A DNA stretch of 64,000 nucleotides from an uncultured Eubacteriales bacterium (GTDB lineage: Bacteria; Bacillota; Clostridia; Christensenellales; CAG-917). The translations under genes and the position numbers were made by a program. The number at the start of each line of letters is the position of its first letter. The first letter of the stretch is position 1. The stretch lies in the NCBI GenBank assembly GCA_900549225.1, contig URNP01000002.1:1705-65704 (forward strand). The letters are read 5' to 3'. The notes beneath the pieces are model-generated. The model was given only the letters and a program-made list of their open reading frames with translations. It did no database searches and was not told where the DNA came from. Positions 1 through 8,263 of this stretch are shown in pieces.

Positions 1-305
1 GACATATCCGCGTCGAGATGGCACATTCCGCCCGTGTGAAGTTGGATTGCCTCCGCACCCGCCTCTCTCACCGTGTAAGCGTCCACGTCGCCGTCGATAT
101 CCGCTTCCATAACGCCGACTTTGCATCTGCCTTGAAGCGCCTTCGTGAGCGCAACGAGCAAAGTCGTCTTTCCGCTGCCGGGCGCAGACATAACGTTGAC
201 GTAAAACACGCCCCTCTCGTTGAGTTCGGCGCGAAGTTTATCCGCGTCCGCATCGTTGTTTTTGATGATGCTTTCTTTAAGTTCAATAGTTCTGACAATA
301 TCCAT
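1..305 (-). CDS. hypB: HypB-type nickel-insertion GTPase, N-terminal ~101 codons (gene runs off the window start)
   Basis: My own minus-strand translation from the ATG at 305 gives MDIVRTIELKESIIKNNDADADKLRAELNERGVFYVNVMSAPGSGKTTLLVALTKALQGRCKVGVMEADIDGDVDAYTVREAGAEAIQLHTGGMCHLDADM. It carries the P-loop GSGKTTLL plus EADIxGD and CHLDA motifs typical of HypB. It is absent from the ORF track because there is no stop inside the window. Confidence 0.8.
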   Translation of the reverse strand, partial: MDIVRTIELKESIIKNNDADADKLRAELNERGVFYVNVMSAPGSGKTTLLVALTKALQGRCKVGVMEADIDGDVDAYTVREAGAEAIQLHTGGMCHLDADM

Positions 306-327
306 AATTTCGCTCTTATTCACACGT

Positions 328-356
328 ATTGTAACACTTGAAAATTATATTTTCAA
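328..356 (-). promoter_or_regulatory. sigma70-like promoter of hypB (TTGAAA-17-TACAAT)
   Basis: Read on the minus strand: -35 TTGAAA (356-351), 17-nt spacer, -10 TACAAT (333-328). It lies about 20 nt upstream of the hypB ATG, so hypB has only a short leader. Confidence 0.6.
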
Positions 357-469
357 TCCTTTTATATCGATTGCCATTTTTTTACGAGAAAATACTTGCT
401 TGTTTGTCGTTTTATCGTCCGTTTTTAGTTTGGCTTGTCTGAAAAAGGATATAGCGACTATTTTCGGTC

Positions 470-980
470 ATCATATACACGGAATCTGCACTTTCGCAGA
501 CGTAATTCGAGCCGCAAGGCGGCGAGCCTATGAGCGCCGCGCTTGACGAACAGTACAAGTGAGCGGACGGGCTGGAATTATTTTCGTCCGCGAAACGAGT
601 GACATAACAAAGGGACGATACTCTTCTATGCAAGTGCCGTAAGGAGCGAAGCGACGGAAGAGCGATTGTTACGAAGTCAATCGCGTCTTGTCTCCCCCGC
701 GAACGACGATTACTCTTGTAGAGAGTTTCCCCTAACTGAGTGGTCGGGCGCGACGCGTTAAGCAACCCGTCCGGTGGACGAGTTGTAGCCAAAGCGAACG
801 AGGCGGATTGCGCTGCGCAAACGCCGAAGTGGACATACCGGCGTGGTCCGGAAAGAGGGGGTGCATCTATTTTTGGGTACTAAGCGCCTACTCTTGTAGA
901 GGATGAACAAAACACGTGAGGAAGGGGGAAAGTTGTAATTTTTTAATAAAACAAAAAGCAGTCTTGCGACTGCTTTTTTG
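470..980. ncRNA. candidate large structured non-coding RNA or unexplained non-coding segment, class unknown
   Basis: About 500 nt with GC like coding DNA, whereas other spacers here are AT-rich. The plus strand is full of stops and the only long minus ORF (412..792) is S/R-rich with no RBS. There are many local stems: 485-489/496-500, 563-569/585-591, 658-668/678-689 and 802-812/816-825. A long-range pair TTTCCCC 726-732 / GGGGAAA 925-931 is possible. The exact 13-mer TACTCTTGTAGAG occurs twice (711-723, 889-901). The segment ends at an intrinsic terminator (953-979). A weak plus-strand promoter TTGTCT-18-TATTTT lies at 435-464. Confidence 0.3.
953..979. terminator. bidirectional intrinsic terminator (mgtC 3' end and the end of the 470-980 segment)
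   Basis: Stem AGCAGTC (957-963) / GACTGCT (968-974) with loop TTGC. An A-run lies upstream and TTTTTT downstream. Confidence 0.75.
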
Positions 981-998
981 ATATCTCTGCCGGTTTCG

Positions 999-1703
999 TT
1001 AGTCATCCGTGCGCTCGATTGATAGCAAGTGTTTGGGGAATTCACGGATAAGAGAATTGAATTTGTTGGGGTCGAGTTCTTCAGTTGTGGGGACTTCGAC
1101 GGTTGCAATAAGGCTTTCGCCGACTTGCTTTGCTTTGTAAGAACTGACTTTCTTTGCGCCGATTTTTTCCATAATCTGCGGGAGGATATCGTCGTTTTCA
1201 ACCAAAATCTGCATTCTTATGATTGCGATATGTCTTGTCGTGAACGCTTTGATGGGGAGGTGGAATATGAATTGCAAAAGCAAAATCATTGCGGTTGCGC
1301 ACACGCCGGTCACGATAAATCCGCTGCCGATTGCCATACCGATTGCCGCAGTTGCCCATACGCCTGCCGCCGTGGTCAAGCCGTGCATGACGTCGCGTCT
1401 GTACATGATGATGCCTGCGCCCAAGAATCCTATGCCCGTGACGACTTGTGAGGCGATTCTCGTTGCATCACCGTCAAAAGTGTTTCCCGTTATGTCGCTG
1501 AAAAGCGGCGCGGAAAGGTATTTTGACAATATCATAAACAAGCAAGACGCCAAACACACGATTGCGTGTGTGCGGATGCCTGCTTCTTTGCTTCGAGATT
1601 TTCTTTCAACGCCGATTGCAAGACCGCATACTATGGCAATCAACATTCTCACGATAAAATGCCATACGTCTTTTGTCCAATCGACAACAGCCCAACTGTT
1701 CAT
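999..1703 (-). CDS. mgtC: MgtC/SapB family membrane protein with a C-terminal soluble domain
   Basis: 234 aa. The N-terminal MgtC-type TM domain contains GLAIGVERKSRSKEAGIRTH. A GAGGA RBS precedes the ATG. Confidence 0.85.
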   Translation of the reverse strand: MNSWAVVDWTKDVWHFIVRMLIAIVCGLAIGVERKSRSKEAGIRTHAIVCLASCLFMILSKYLSAPLFSDITGNTFDGDATRIASQVVTGIGFLGAGIIMYRRDVMHGLTTAAGVWATAAIGMAIGSGFIVTGVCATAMILLLQFIFHLPIKAFTTRHIAIIRMQILVENDDILPQIMEKIGAKKVSSYKAKQVGESLIATVEVPTTEELDPNKFNSLIREFPKHLLSIERTDD

Positions 1704-1730
1704 ATCGTATCCTCACTTTTTTGGAAATCT

Positions 1731-1759
1731 ATTATATAATTTAACAGTATGTCTGTCAA
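1731..1759 (-). promoter_or_regulatory. mgtC promoter TTGACA-17-TATAAT
   Basis: Minus-strand -35 at 1759-1754 and -10 at 1736-1731. This leaves a leader of only about 20 nt, so no M-box riboswitch fits. Confidence 0.6.
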
Positions 1760-1848
1760 TGAGGGATTGAAAAAAATTATGCCGTCAAGGCTATAAAAAT
1801 GTGTTTTTTTGCAAAAATGCACGATTTCGACCGAAAATCAAGAATATT

Positions 1849-1877
1849 TTGACAATAAACGGCGGTTGAGATATAAT
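1849..1877 (+). promoter_or_regulatory. folD promoter TTGACA-17-TATAAT
   Basis: Perfect consensus hexamers at 1849-1854 and 1872-1877, 18 nt upstream of the folD ATG. Confidence 0.7.
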
Positions 1878-1894
1878 GCTTTTAGAGGTGTTAT

Positions 1895-2746
1895 ATGCAA
1901 ATTATTGACGGAAAACTCGTTGCACAAGTCACGAGAGAGCAAATCAAAAAAGACGTCGAAGCCATTAAAGCGGCAAACTATCCCTGCGGAATCGGTCTTG
2001 CGGTCATTCTCGTGGGTGACGATCCCGCTTCGCAAGTTTACGTGCGCAACAAAATCAAGGCTTGCGACGAAGTCGGAATCAAATCCTTCCTTTGCAAACT
2101 TCCTGCCGAAAGCACTTTCGACGAGGTTGCAGGCACGATAAACTATCTCAACGAAAATCCCGACGTATCGGGCATGATTTTGCAACTTCCGCTTCCCAAA
2201 CACCTTGACGAAAACGCTCTTATCGACCTAATCGACCCCGACAAAGACGTTGACGGTTGTCACTACGTTCAAAAGGGCAGACTATGGACGGGGCGCGACA
2301 GCCTCGTTGCTTGCACACCCTACGGCGTGATGAAACTGCTCGACTACTATAATATTCCGCTCGAAGGCAAGAACGCCGTGGTGATAGGGCGCTCGAATCT
2401 CGTGGGAAAACCGCTCGCGCAACTGTTGCTTGACAGAAACTGCACGGTTACGATTTGCCACTCGCGCACGAAGAATCTTGCCGAAATAACTTCGAGAGCG
2501 GATATCGTGTGCGTCGCTATAGGCAAGGCGAAATTCCTTAAGGCAGATATGGTGAAAGACGGCGCGGTCGTAATCGACGTCGGGATGGATCGCGACGAGA
2601 ACGGAAAACTTTGCGGCGACGTGGATTTTGCAGGCGTCGCGCCGAAATGCTCGTATATTACGCCCGTACCGGGCGGAGTCGGTCCTATGACCGTGACGAT
2701 GCTGCTTGCAAACACTGTGAAAGCGTTTAAGTTAATGAATAATTAA
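1895..2746 (+). CDS. folD: bifunctional methylene-THF dehydrogenase / methenyl-THF cyclohydrolase
   Basis: 283 aa. MQIIDGKLVA start, GRSNLVGKP and PVPGGVGPMT motifs, AGAGGTG RBS. Confidence 0.95.
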   Translation: MQIIDGKLVAQVTREQIKKDVEAIKAANYPCGIGLAVILVGDDPASQVYVRNKIKACDEVGIKSFLCKLPAESTFDEVAGTINYLNENPDVSGMILQLPLPKHLDENALIDLIDPDKDVDGCHYVQKGRLWTGRDSLVACTPYGVMKLLDYYNIPLEGKNAVVIGRSNLVGKPLAQLLLDRNCTVTICHSRTKNLAEITSRADIVCVAIGKAKFLKADMVKDGAVVIDVGMDRDENGKLCGDVDFAGVAPKCSYITPVPGGVGPMTVTMLLANTVKAFKLMNN

Positions 2747-2915
2747 TAATTTTGGGTGGACTCTGTTCATACCTGAATGACACATAATTTGATTAAAAAC
2801 AAATCCGTTTACAATTGATTAACAAGTTAAATTTATTGCTTGAGTATAAATTTATTGTGTGATACAATACGAAAGCAAATAAATATTTGACCGCTTCGGC
2901 GCGTCAGGGAGAATT

Positions 2916-5021
2916 ATGGAATATAAAATGCTCTTCTCGCCTATGAAGATAGGCAATTGCGAAATCAAAAATCGTATCGTTATGTCGCCTATGCTTATGG
3001 GCTTCGGCCAGTTTGACGGCTGCGTCACCGAACAACTTATGGACTATTACGAGGAACGCGCCAAGGGTGGTACGGGGCTTATCATCACCGAAATCACGCG
3101 TATCAACGACAAGCACGGCGCGGCGGCGTTTGCTCAACTCGGCGCAAGTCACGACTATCAGATTGCAGGACTTCACGAGTTTGCGGAACGTATTCACAAG
3201 CACGGCGCAAAACTTTTCGTGCAATTGCATCACCCCGGTCGTCAGAACGTCGGTCTTGCTATCGGCACTGTGCCCGTGTGTATCGCTATGACGAGAATGT
3301 GCAAGAAATTCCCGAAAATGCTCTTCAATATCGCGCCGAAAATCGCTCCGTTTATGTCAAAACATAACATTGCGCTTTCGGCGGTTTCTGCATCGAAGTG
3401 CGAGCCGAGTTATTTTGCGGGCGGCAGAGTGCGCGCGCTGAGCCATAGAGAAGTCAAACAAGTTATTCGTCAGTTTATCGACGGGGCGGTGCGTTGCCAA
3501 AAAGCAGGTGTCGACGGCGTTGAACTTCACGGTACGCACGGATATCTTATCCAACAATTCCTTTCTCCAAACACCAATCACAGAACGGACGAGTACGGCG
3601 GAAGTTTTGAGAACAGACTTCGCTTCGTGCGCGAAATCATAGAGGGCATCCGCAAAGAATGCGGAGATTATCCCATCATCGTGCGCCTTACGCTCGACGA
3701 ATTCTATGAGAAAATCGGCAAACCCGACAAAGGTTACGACTTTGAAACGGGCTTGAAATACGCAAAAGCAATCGCAGATATGGGCGTTGACGCAATCGAC
3801 GTTTCAAGCGCGGCGTACGACACGTTCAACTATTGGCTCGAACCTACGAGTTTCGAGTGCGGATGGAGAAAGTATCTCGCCGCCGCTGTCAAGAAGGAAG
3901 TGAATATTCCCGTTATCGCCGCAAACCTCATTCGTACTCCCGAACAAGCCGAAAAGCAACTCGAAGAGGGCGATCAGGACTTCGTGTCTTTGGGCAGACC
4001 GCATATTGCAGATCCGCATTGGGCAGAAAAGGCGCAATCGGGACGTGAAAACGAAATCAAACGTTGCTTGTGCTGTCTGTACTGCATTCAAAGCATGCAA
4101 GACAACGCATATCACGGCGATCACGGATATTGCGCAGTCAATCCGACGGTCGGAAGAGAAAAAGAATTCGACAACCTTCCTCACGACGGAAACGGCAGAG
4201 TGGTCGTTATAGTCGGCGCAGGCGTTGCCGGTCTTACTTGTGCGGAAATGCTCGGCCGCAGAGGATTCAAGCCTATCGTGCTTGAAAAAGACGGTCAAAT
4301 AGGCGGACAAATTCAACTTGCAAACAAACCGCCAAAGAAAGAAAAACTCGGTTGGAGTTTTGTCGATATGCGCACGAATGCGGAAAAATTCGGCGCGGAA
4401 ATCCATCTTGACACGGAGGCTACTCCCGAAGTCATCGCAAGTTTCAAGCCGTACGCTGTCGTGGTCGCAACGGGCGCATGTGCTGTCAAACCTCGCTCTA
4501 TCGAGGGCGTAAACCTTGAAAACGTGTATACTACGACGCAAATTCTGAGCGGTGAAGTCAAACTCGAAAACACAAAAGTCGCACTTATCGGTTCTGGTAT
4601 GACGGGTCTCGAAACCGCAGAATTGCTCGTTGAGGGCAACAACAAAGTTACAATCGTCGAAATGGCTGATACGCTCGCTCCGGGAACGTGGTTCCAACAC
4701 CTCGACGATATCGTGCCGAAACTCGACGCAAAAGGCACGAAATATATCCTTTCGCACAAACTCAACGCTATCGACGAAAAGGGTATCGTCATCGAGCCTG
4801 TCAAACTCGACAAGAATCGCAAGCCGATAAGCCAAGGCAAGCCCTATCACGTTGACGCAGACGCTGTGGTGCTTTCTTTGGGCGCACGCTCGGTTAACGC
4901 TCTTGCAAAGGAACTCGAAGGCAAGTTTGAGCTCTTCGTCATCGGTGACGCAAAGAAAGTGGGAAGAATTGCAGACGCAACGCGCGAAGCGTACGACGTT
5001 GCAATCCACAAACTCAAATAA
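2916..5021 (+). CDS. Old-Yellow-Enzyme family FMN/FAD/Fe-S oxidoreductase (2,4-dienoyl-CoA / 2-enoate reductase-like)
   Basis: 701 aa. N-terminal OYE barrel (HGTHGYLIQQFLSP), a Cys cluster (CLCCLYCIQS) and two C-terminal Rossmann GxGxxG motifs (VGAGVAGL, IGSGMTGL). Confidence 0.85.
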   Translation: MEYKMLFSPMKIGNCEIKNRIVMSPMLMGFGQFDGCVTEQLMDYYEERAKGGTGLIITEITRINDKHGAAAFAQLGASHDYQIAGLHEFAERIHKHGAKLFVQLHHPGRQNVGLAIGTVPVCIAMTRMCKKFPKMLFNIAPKIAPFMSKHNIALSAVSASKCEPSYFAGGRVRALSHREVKQVIRQFIDGAVRCQKAGVDGVELHGTHGYLIQQFLSPNTNHRTDEYGGSFENRLRFVREIIEGIRKECGDYPIIVRLTLDEFYEKIGKPDKGYDFETGLKYAKAIADMGVDAIDVSSAAYDTFNYWLEPTSFECGWRKYLAAAVKKEVNIPVIAANLIRTPEQAEKQLEEGDQDFVSLGRPHIADPHWAEKAQSGRENEIKRCLCCLYCIQSMQDNAYHGDHGYCAVNPTVGREKEFDNLPHDGNGRVVVIVGAGVAGLTCAEMLGRRGFKPIVLEKDGQIGGQIQLANKPPKKEKLGWSFVDMRTNAEKFGAEIHLDTEATPEVIASFKPYAVVVATGACAVKPRSIEGVNLENVYTTTQILSGEVKLENTKVALIGSGMTGLETAELLVEGNNKVTIVEMADTLAPGTWFQHLDDIVPKLDAKGTKYILSHKLNAIDEKGIVIEPVKLDKNRKPISQGKPYHVDADAVVLSLGARSVNALAKELEGKFELFVIGDAKKVGRIADATREAYDVAIHKLK

Positions 5022-5044
5022 TTCAAATATTTGAAAACCTGATG

Positions 5045-5093
5045 AAAATGCGCGATTTATGCGGTTAGATGCCGCAAAATCGTGCATTTTTTT
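5045..5093 (+). terminator. intrinsic terminator after the OYE reductase
   Basis: 14-bp stem AAAATGCGCGATTT (5045-5058) / AAATCGTGCATTTT (5077-5090) with one G:U pair and an inner TGCGG/CCGCA stem, followed by a T-run. Confidence 0.7.
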
Positions 5094-5152
5094 GTCTTGC
5101 GATAATGTTTGTTTTATGATAAAATAAAACTATAAAATTTGTGAGGCGAACT

Positions 5153-6256
5153 ATGCGTAAATCGATTCCCGTCAACTACGACGATTCTTTGGTGTCTTTG
5201 GCTTGCTCGGTGCTGAAACGCTTTGGCGCACCGTACGGGCATAATACGCTCAAAGATTTTGACGAGTTGCTTGCAAAAGGCTATAAAAACGTCGTTGTTA
5301 TGCTTTTTGACGGTATGGGCTTGAAGATTCTCGACAAGCACGAGAGTTGCGCTCCGTTTTTGCGTTCGCATTTGGTGCGCCCGATATGCTCGGTGTTTCC
5401 GCCTACGACCACTGCCGCAACGACGTCAATCGAAACGGGACTTACGCCTTTGGAGCACGGTTGGCTTGGTTGGGCGCTCTATTTCAAAGAAATAGACAAA
5501 AACGTGTGTTTGTTTACGAATACCGTTTTCGGCTCGGAGGAGATTGCCGCCGATTATCCCGTTGCAAAAAGCGCCATTGCGTACGATAGCGTCCGGAAAA
5601 AGATAAAAAACGTCGGAAATCAGGCGTATTTCGTGTCAAAACATGCCGAAATCAAGACGGACAGCGTGCATACGACCTGCCAAATCGTAAAGGAATTGTG
5701 CCAAAAAGAGGGAGATAAGTATATCTATACGTATTGGCATCAACCCGACCACGATATGCACGACTTCGGCACTACGGACGAAAGAGTAGCAGAGCAAATC
5801 AGATTGATAAACGACGAGGTTGAGAATCTCTGCAAAGATTTGAAAGACACCATAGTTGTCGTCACGGCGGACCACGGACTAGTGGACGTTGAATGGAAGT
5901 CGCTTTGCGATTATCCCGAAATTGCCGATACGCTTGAAAGAGTGCCGTCTATCGAATCGAGGACAATGTCGATTTTTGTCAAAAAAGGCAGAAAAAAGGA
6001 CTTTGAAAACGCTTTTGAAAAGGTGTTCGGAAATGATTATATCCTTTTTACGCACGATGAAGTTGTCAAAAACGGGTTGTTCGGGGAGGGGAAACCTAAT
6101 TCTCGTTTTGAAGATTTCATCGGCGATTACGTTGCCGTGGCAACGGGAAACGTTTGCGTCAATCCGTTTGAACTATCCGACGAAGAGTTCGTAGGTATGC
6201 ACGCAGGGGCGTGTATCGACGAAATTCTCGTGCCGTTTATCGTCGTTGAAACTTGA
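5153..6256 (+). CDS. alkaline-phosphatase superfamily protein (nucleotide pyrophosphatase/phosphodiesterase- or PglZ-like)
   Basis: Metal-site motifs MLFDGMG and TADHGL. I prefer the ATG at 5153 (GAGG RBS 6 nt upstream) over the track start at 5141. Confidence 0.6.
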   Translation: MRKSIPVNYDDSLVSLACSVLKRFGAPYGHNTLKDFDELLAKGYKNVVVMLFDGMGLKILDKHESCAPFLRSHLVRPICSVFPPTTTAATTSIETGLTPLEHGWLGWALYFKEIDKNVCLFTNTVFGSEEIAADYPVAKSAIAYDSVRKKIKNVGNQAYFVSKHAEIKTDSVHTTCQIVKELCQKEGDKYIYTYWHQPDHDMHDFGTTDERVAEQIRLINDEVENLCKDLKDTIVVVTADHGLVDVEWKSLCDYPEIADTLERVPSIESRTMSIFVKKGRKKDFENAFEKVFGNDYILFTHDEVVKNGLFGEGKPNSRFEDFIGDYVAVATGNVCVNPFELSDEEFVGMHAGACIDEILVPFIVVET

Positions 6257-6278
6257 CATTATCTATAAATCGATACTC

Positions 6279-6322
6279 AGCCTCCTCGCAAGCGATTCAA
6301 CGATTTTGCGCGGAGGCTTTTG
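6279..6322 (+). terminator. probable terminator
   Basis: Stem AGCCTCC (6279-6285) / GGAGGCT (6312-6318), then TTTTGAATTTT. The loop is large, so this is tentative. Confidence 0.45.
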
Positions 6323-6466
6323 AATTTTCGGAGTTTTTCTGCATAAAATTTTCTTGCAAACGTTAAATTTGCTATTGATATTTATATATCTATATTGTAA
6401 AATAAAAATATAGATTCGTACAACATTTGCGCCCGAACGAAAAGTTGGGTGCTGAGAGGGATAAAT

Positions 6467-7753
6467 ATGAAATACAACATGCAACTCACTCCCGAACAAG
6501 CCGACATTCTCAACGGCAAAAAGGGAGAAACGATGGCAAAGGTTATGGAAACGCTCGTTATGTTCGGCGATATTTTCGGCGCAAAACGTATGGTTGAAGT
6601 GACCCACAAAGAGGGACATCTCGTCACGAGTTTCGGCATCGGTCTGCTCAAGCCTCTGTACAAAACTATGGACAGGCTCATTGCGGACGGCATCAAAACT
6701 CAAGGTACGTTTACCGTCGACCCTCGCCCGCTCGACAGAGAGAACGTAAAATACTCCTTGCTTGAGAGACTTGTCAACGAGAAGATCATGTACTCTCAAC
6801 AAAAGCACTACGAAGATCAATTGAAGGCGGTCGGACTTAAAGACGCAAACGCCTTTACTTGCGCCTGCTATCTCGACGAGGTGGGCAACGTTCCAAAGAA
6901 AGGCGATATCCTTTCGTGGGCGGAATCGAGCGCAGTCGTATACGCAAACTCCGTGCTCGGCGCACGCTGCAACCGTAACAGCGGTATGCTCGACTTGTTC
7001 GGCTCGATCGTCGGCTACGTTCCCGAATTCGGTCTTCTCACCGACGAGGGAAGAAAGGCTACGTGGGTTGTGAAAGTTGAAACTACGCACGTTCCCGAAG
7101 CGCAAATCCTCGGAAGCGCAATCGGTATGAAGGTGGTTGAGGACGTCCCGTACGTTTACGGCCTTGACAAGTGGATCGGATCCGAACTCACCGACGAGGC
7201 AAAGGGCTATCTCAAAGACTTCGGCGCGGCAACCGCGTCAAACGGCGCAGTCGGACTCTATCATATCGACAACCTCACCCCCGAAGCAAAAGAACTGGGC
7301 GAGAAACTCATCGTCGAAAACCCCAAAGTGTACGTCATCGACGACGCGGAACTCGAAAGAGTGTACAAGAGTTATCCCAATATGTGGAAAAAGCCCGACA
7401 GCAAGGCTACGATGGCGTTCGTGGGCTGTCCGCATCTTACCTTCACGCAACTCAACGAGTGGACGAATATGATCGAAAAGTCGCTCAAAGAAAGCGGCAA
7501 AAAGAAAGTCGCTTTGCAAACCATCGTTTGCTCCGCTCCCGACGTCGTGGCAAAATTCAAGAAAACTCCCGCTTACAATCGTTTGATTGCTACGGGCGCA
7601 AAACTCACGAGCATTTGCCCGCTTATGTACACCAACAATCCGCTCACAAAAGGCAAATCTATCGCGACTTGCTCCAACAAACTCCGCACTTACAGCATCG
7701 CAAGATACTATAAGACGGCAGACCTTCTCAATATCATCGCAGGAAAGGAGTGA
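6467..7753 (+). CDS. aconitase X (AcnX) large/catalytic subunit, DUF521 family
   Basis: N-terminus LTPEQADILNGKKGETMAKVMETLVMFGDIFGAKRMVEVTH is typical of DUF521. GAGAGGG RBS before the ATG at 6467. Confidence 0.8.
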   Translation: MKYNMQLTPEQADILNGKKGETMAKVMETLVMFGDIFGAKRMVEVTHKEGHLVTSFGIGLLKPLYKTMDRLIADGIKTQGTFTVDPRPLDRENVKYSLLERLVNEKIMYSQQKHYEDQLKAVGLKDANAFTCACYLDEVGNVPKKGDILSWAESSAVVYANSVLGARCNRNSGMLDLFGSIVGYVPEFGLLTDEGRKATWVVKVETTHVPEAQILGSAIGMKVVEDVPYVYGLDKWIGSELTDEAKGYLKDFGAATASNGAVGLYHIDNLTPEAKELGEKLIVENPKVYVIDDAELERVYKSYPNMWKKPDSKATMAFVGCPHLTFTQLNEWTNMIEKSLKESGKKKVALQTIVCSAPDVVAKFKKTPAYNRLIATGAKLTSICPLMYTNNPLTKGKSIATCSNKLRTYSIARYYKTADLLNIIAGKE

Positions 7754-7758
7754 AGAGT

Positions 7759-8199
7759 ATGAAATCATTCAAAGGCAGAGTTATAGCAGCAGGCAACTTT
7801 AAGGGCGATGCCGTCGTATCAAGACAGGGCGTGAACACTCTTGCGACGTTCCAAAAGAGCGCGCTCACAAACGCTAAACAAGTTATCGTCAGCGACCAGA
7901 ACAACAAGGATATCTTCGGACTCAATATCACGGGCAAAGCGCTTTGCTTGCCCCAAACCATCGGTTCGACAACGGGCGGTCTCGTCATTCAAACCGTTTG
8001 CTCGATGGGTATCAATCCTGCGGCGTTCCTTTTCTCCGAGCATATCGACTCGCTCGCCGCAAGCGGAATCGTCCTTGCAAAGATTTGGGAAGATTCAAAC
8101 GTCATCGCAATCGACGAACTCGGCGACGAATTCCTCAAATCCGTCAATACGGGCGATACGATTACTATTGCCGAAGACGGAACGGTAACTATCGGTTAA
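7759..8199 (+). CDS. aconitase X small (swivel) subunit, DUF126 family
   Basis: 146 aa placed directly after the large subunit, with an AGGAAAGGAG RBS. It has GKALCLPQTIGSTTGG, the usual DUF126 G-rich loop. Confidence 0.8.
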   Translation: MKSFKGRVIAAGNFKGDAVVSRQGVNTLATFQKSALTNAKQVIVSDQNNKDIFGLNITGKALCLPQTIGSTTGGLVIQTVCSMGINPAAFLFSEHIDSLAASGIVLAKIWEDSNVIAIDELGDEFLKSVNTGDTITIAEDGTVTIG

Positions 8200-8216
8200 A
8201 AGTATCAAAAAAAATG

Positions 8217-8245
8217 AAAGCGCGATTCGTTTGAATCGCGCTTTT
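8217..8245. terminator. bidirectional terminator between convergent genes
   Basis: Stem AAAGCGCGATTC / GAATCGCGCTTT (12 bp) with loop GTTT, flanked by an A-run and a T-run. Confidence 0.8.
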
Positions 8246-8263
8246 CGTATGAGTTTTTTTGAA

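Noticed and set aside
470-980. Tested whether the structured segment is tmRNA, RNase P RNA, a riboswitch for hypB (NiCo) or an M-box for mgtC
   Set aside because: It has no GGAAAGTCC-type RNase P core. It has no tRNA-like 3' end (TTCGAnTCC...CCA) and no plausible tag ORF ending in ..LAA. The hypB and mgtC promoters are placed so that neither gene can have this segment as a leader. It is therefore left as 'unknown class', not assigned.
220-1201. Track ORFs 220..546(+), 412..792(-) and 758..1201(-) inside or around the mgtC-hypB spacer
   Set aside because: None has an RBS. Their translations are low-complexity and S/R/P-rich with no recognisable motifs. 758..1201 overlaps mgtC and runs through the terminator. 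18..341(+) and 68..298(-) are shadows of the real hypB frame.
3804-5087. Long antisense ORFs opposite real genes
   Set aside because: Examples are 3804..5087, 6263..7105, 11033..11920, 19948..20688, 21076..21903, 25030..26292, 26389..27390, 27945..28874, 28289..29095, 33976..35022, 35898..36992, 38406..39086, 39702..40838, 40926..41480, 50569..51273 and 59297..60127. All are shadow frames of strongly supported housekeeping genes on the other strand. Their translations are R/F/V/H/C-rich nonsense without motifs or RBSs.
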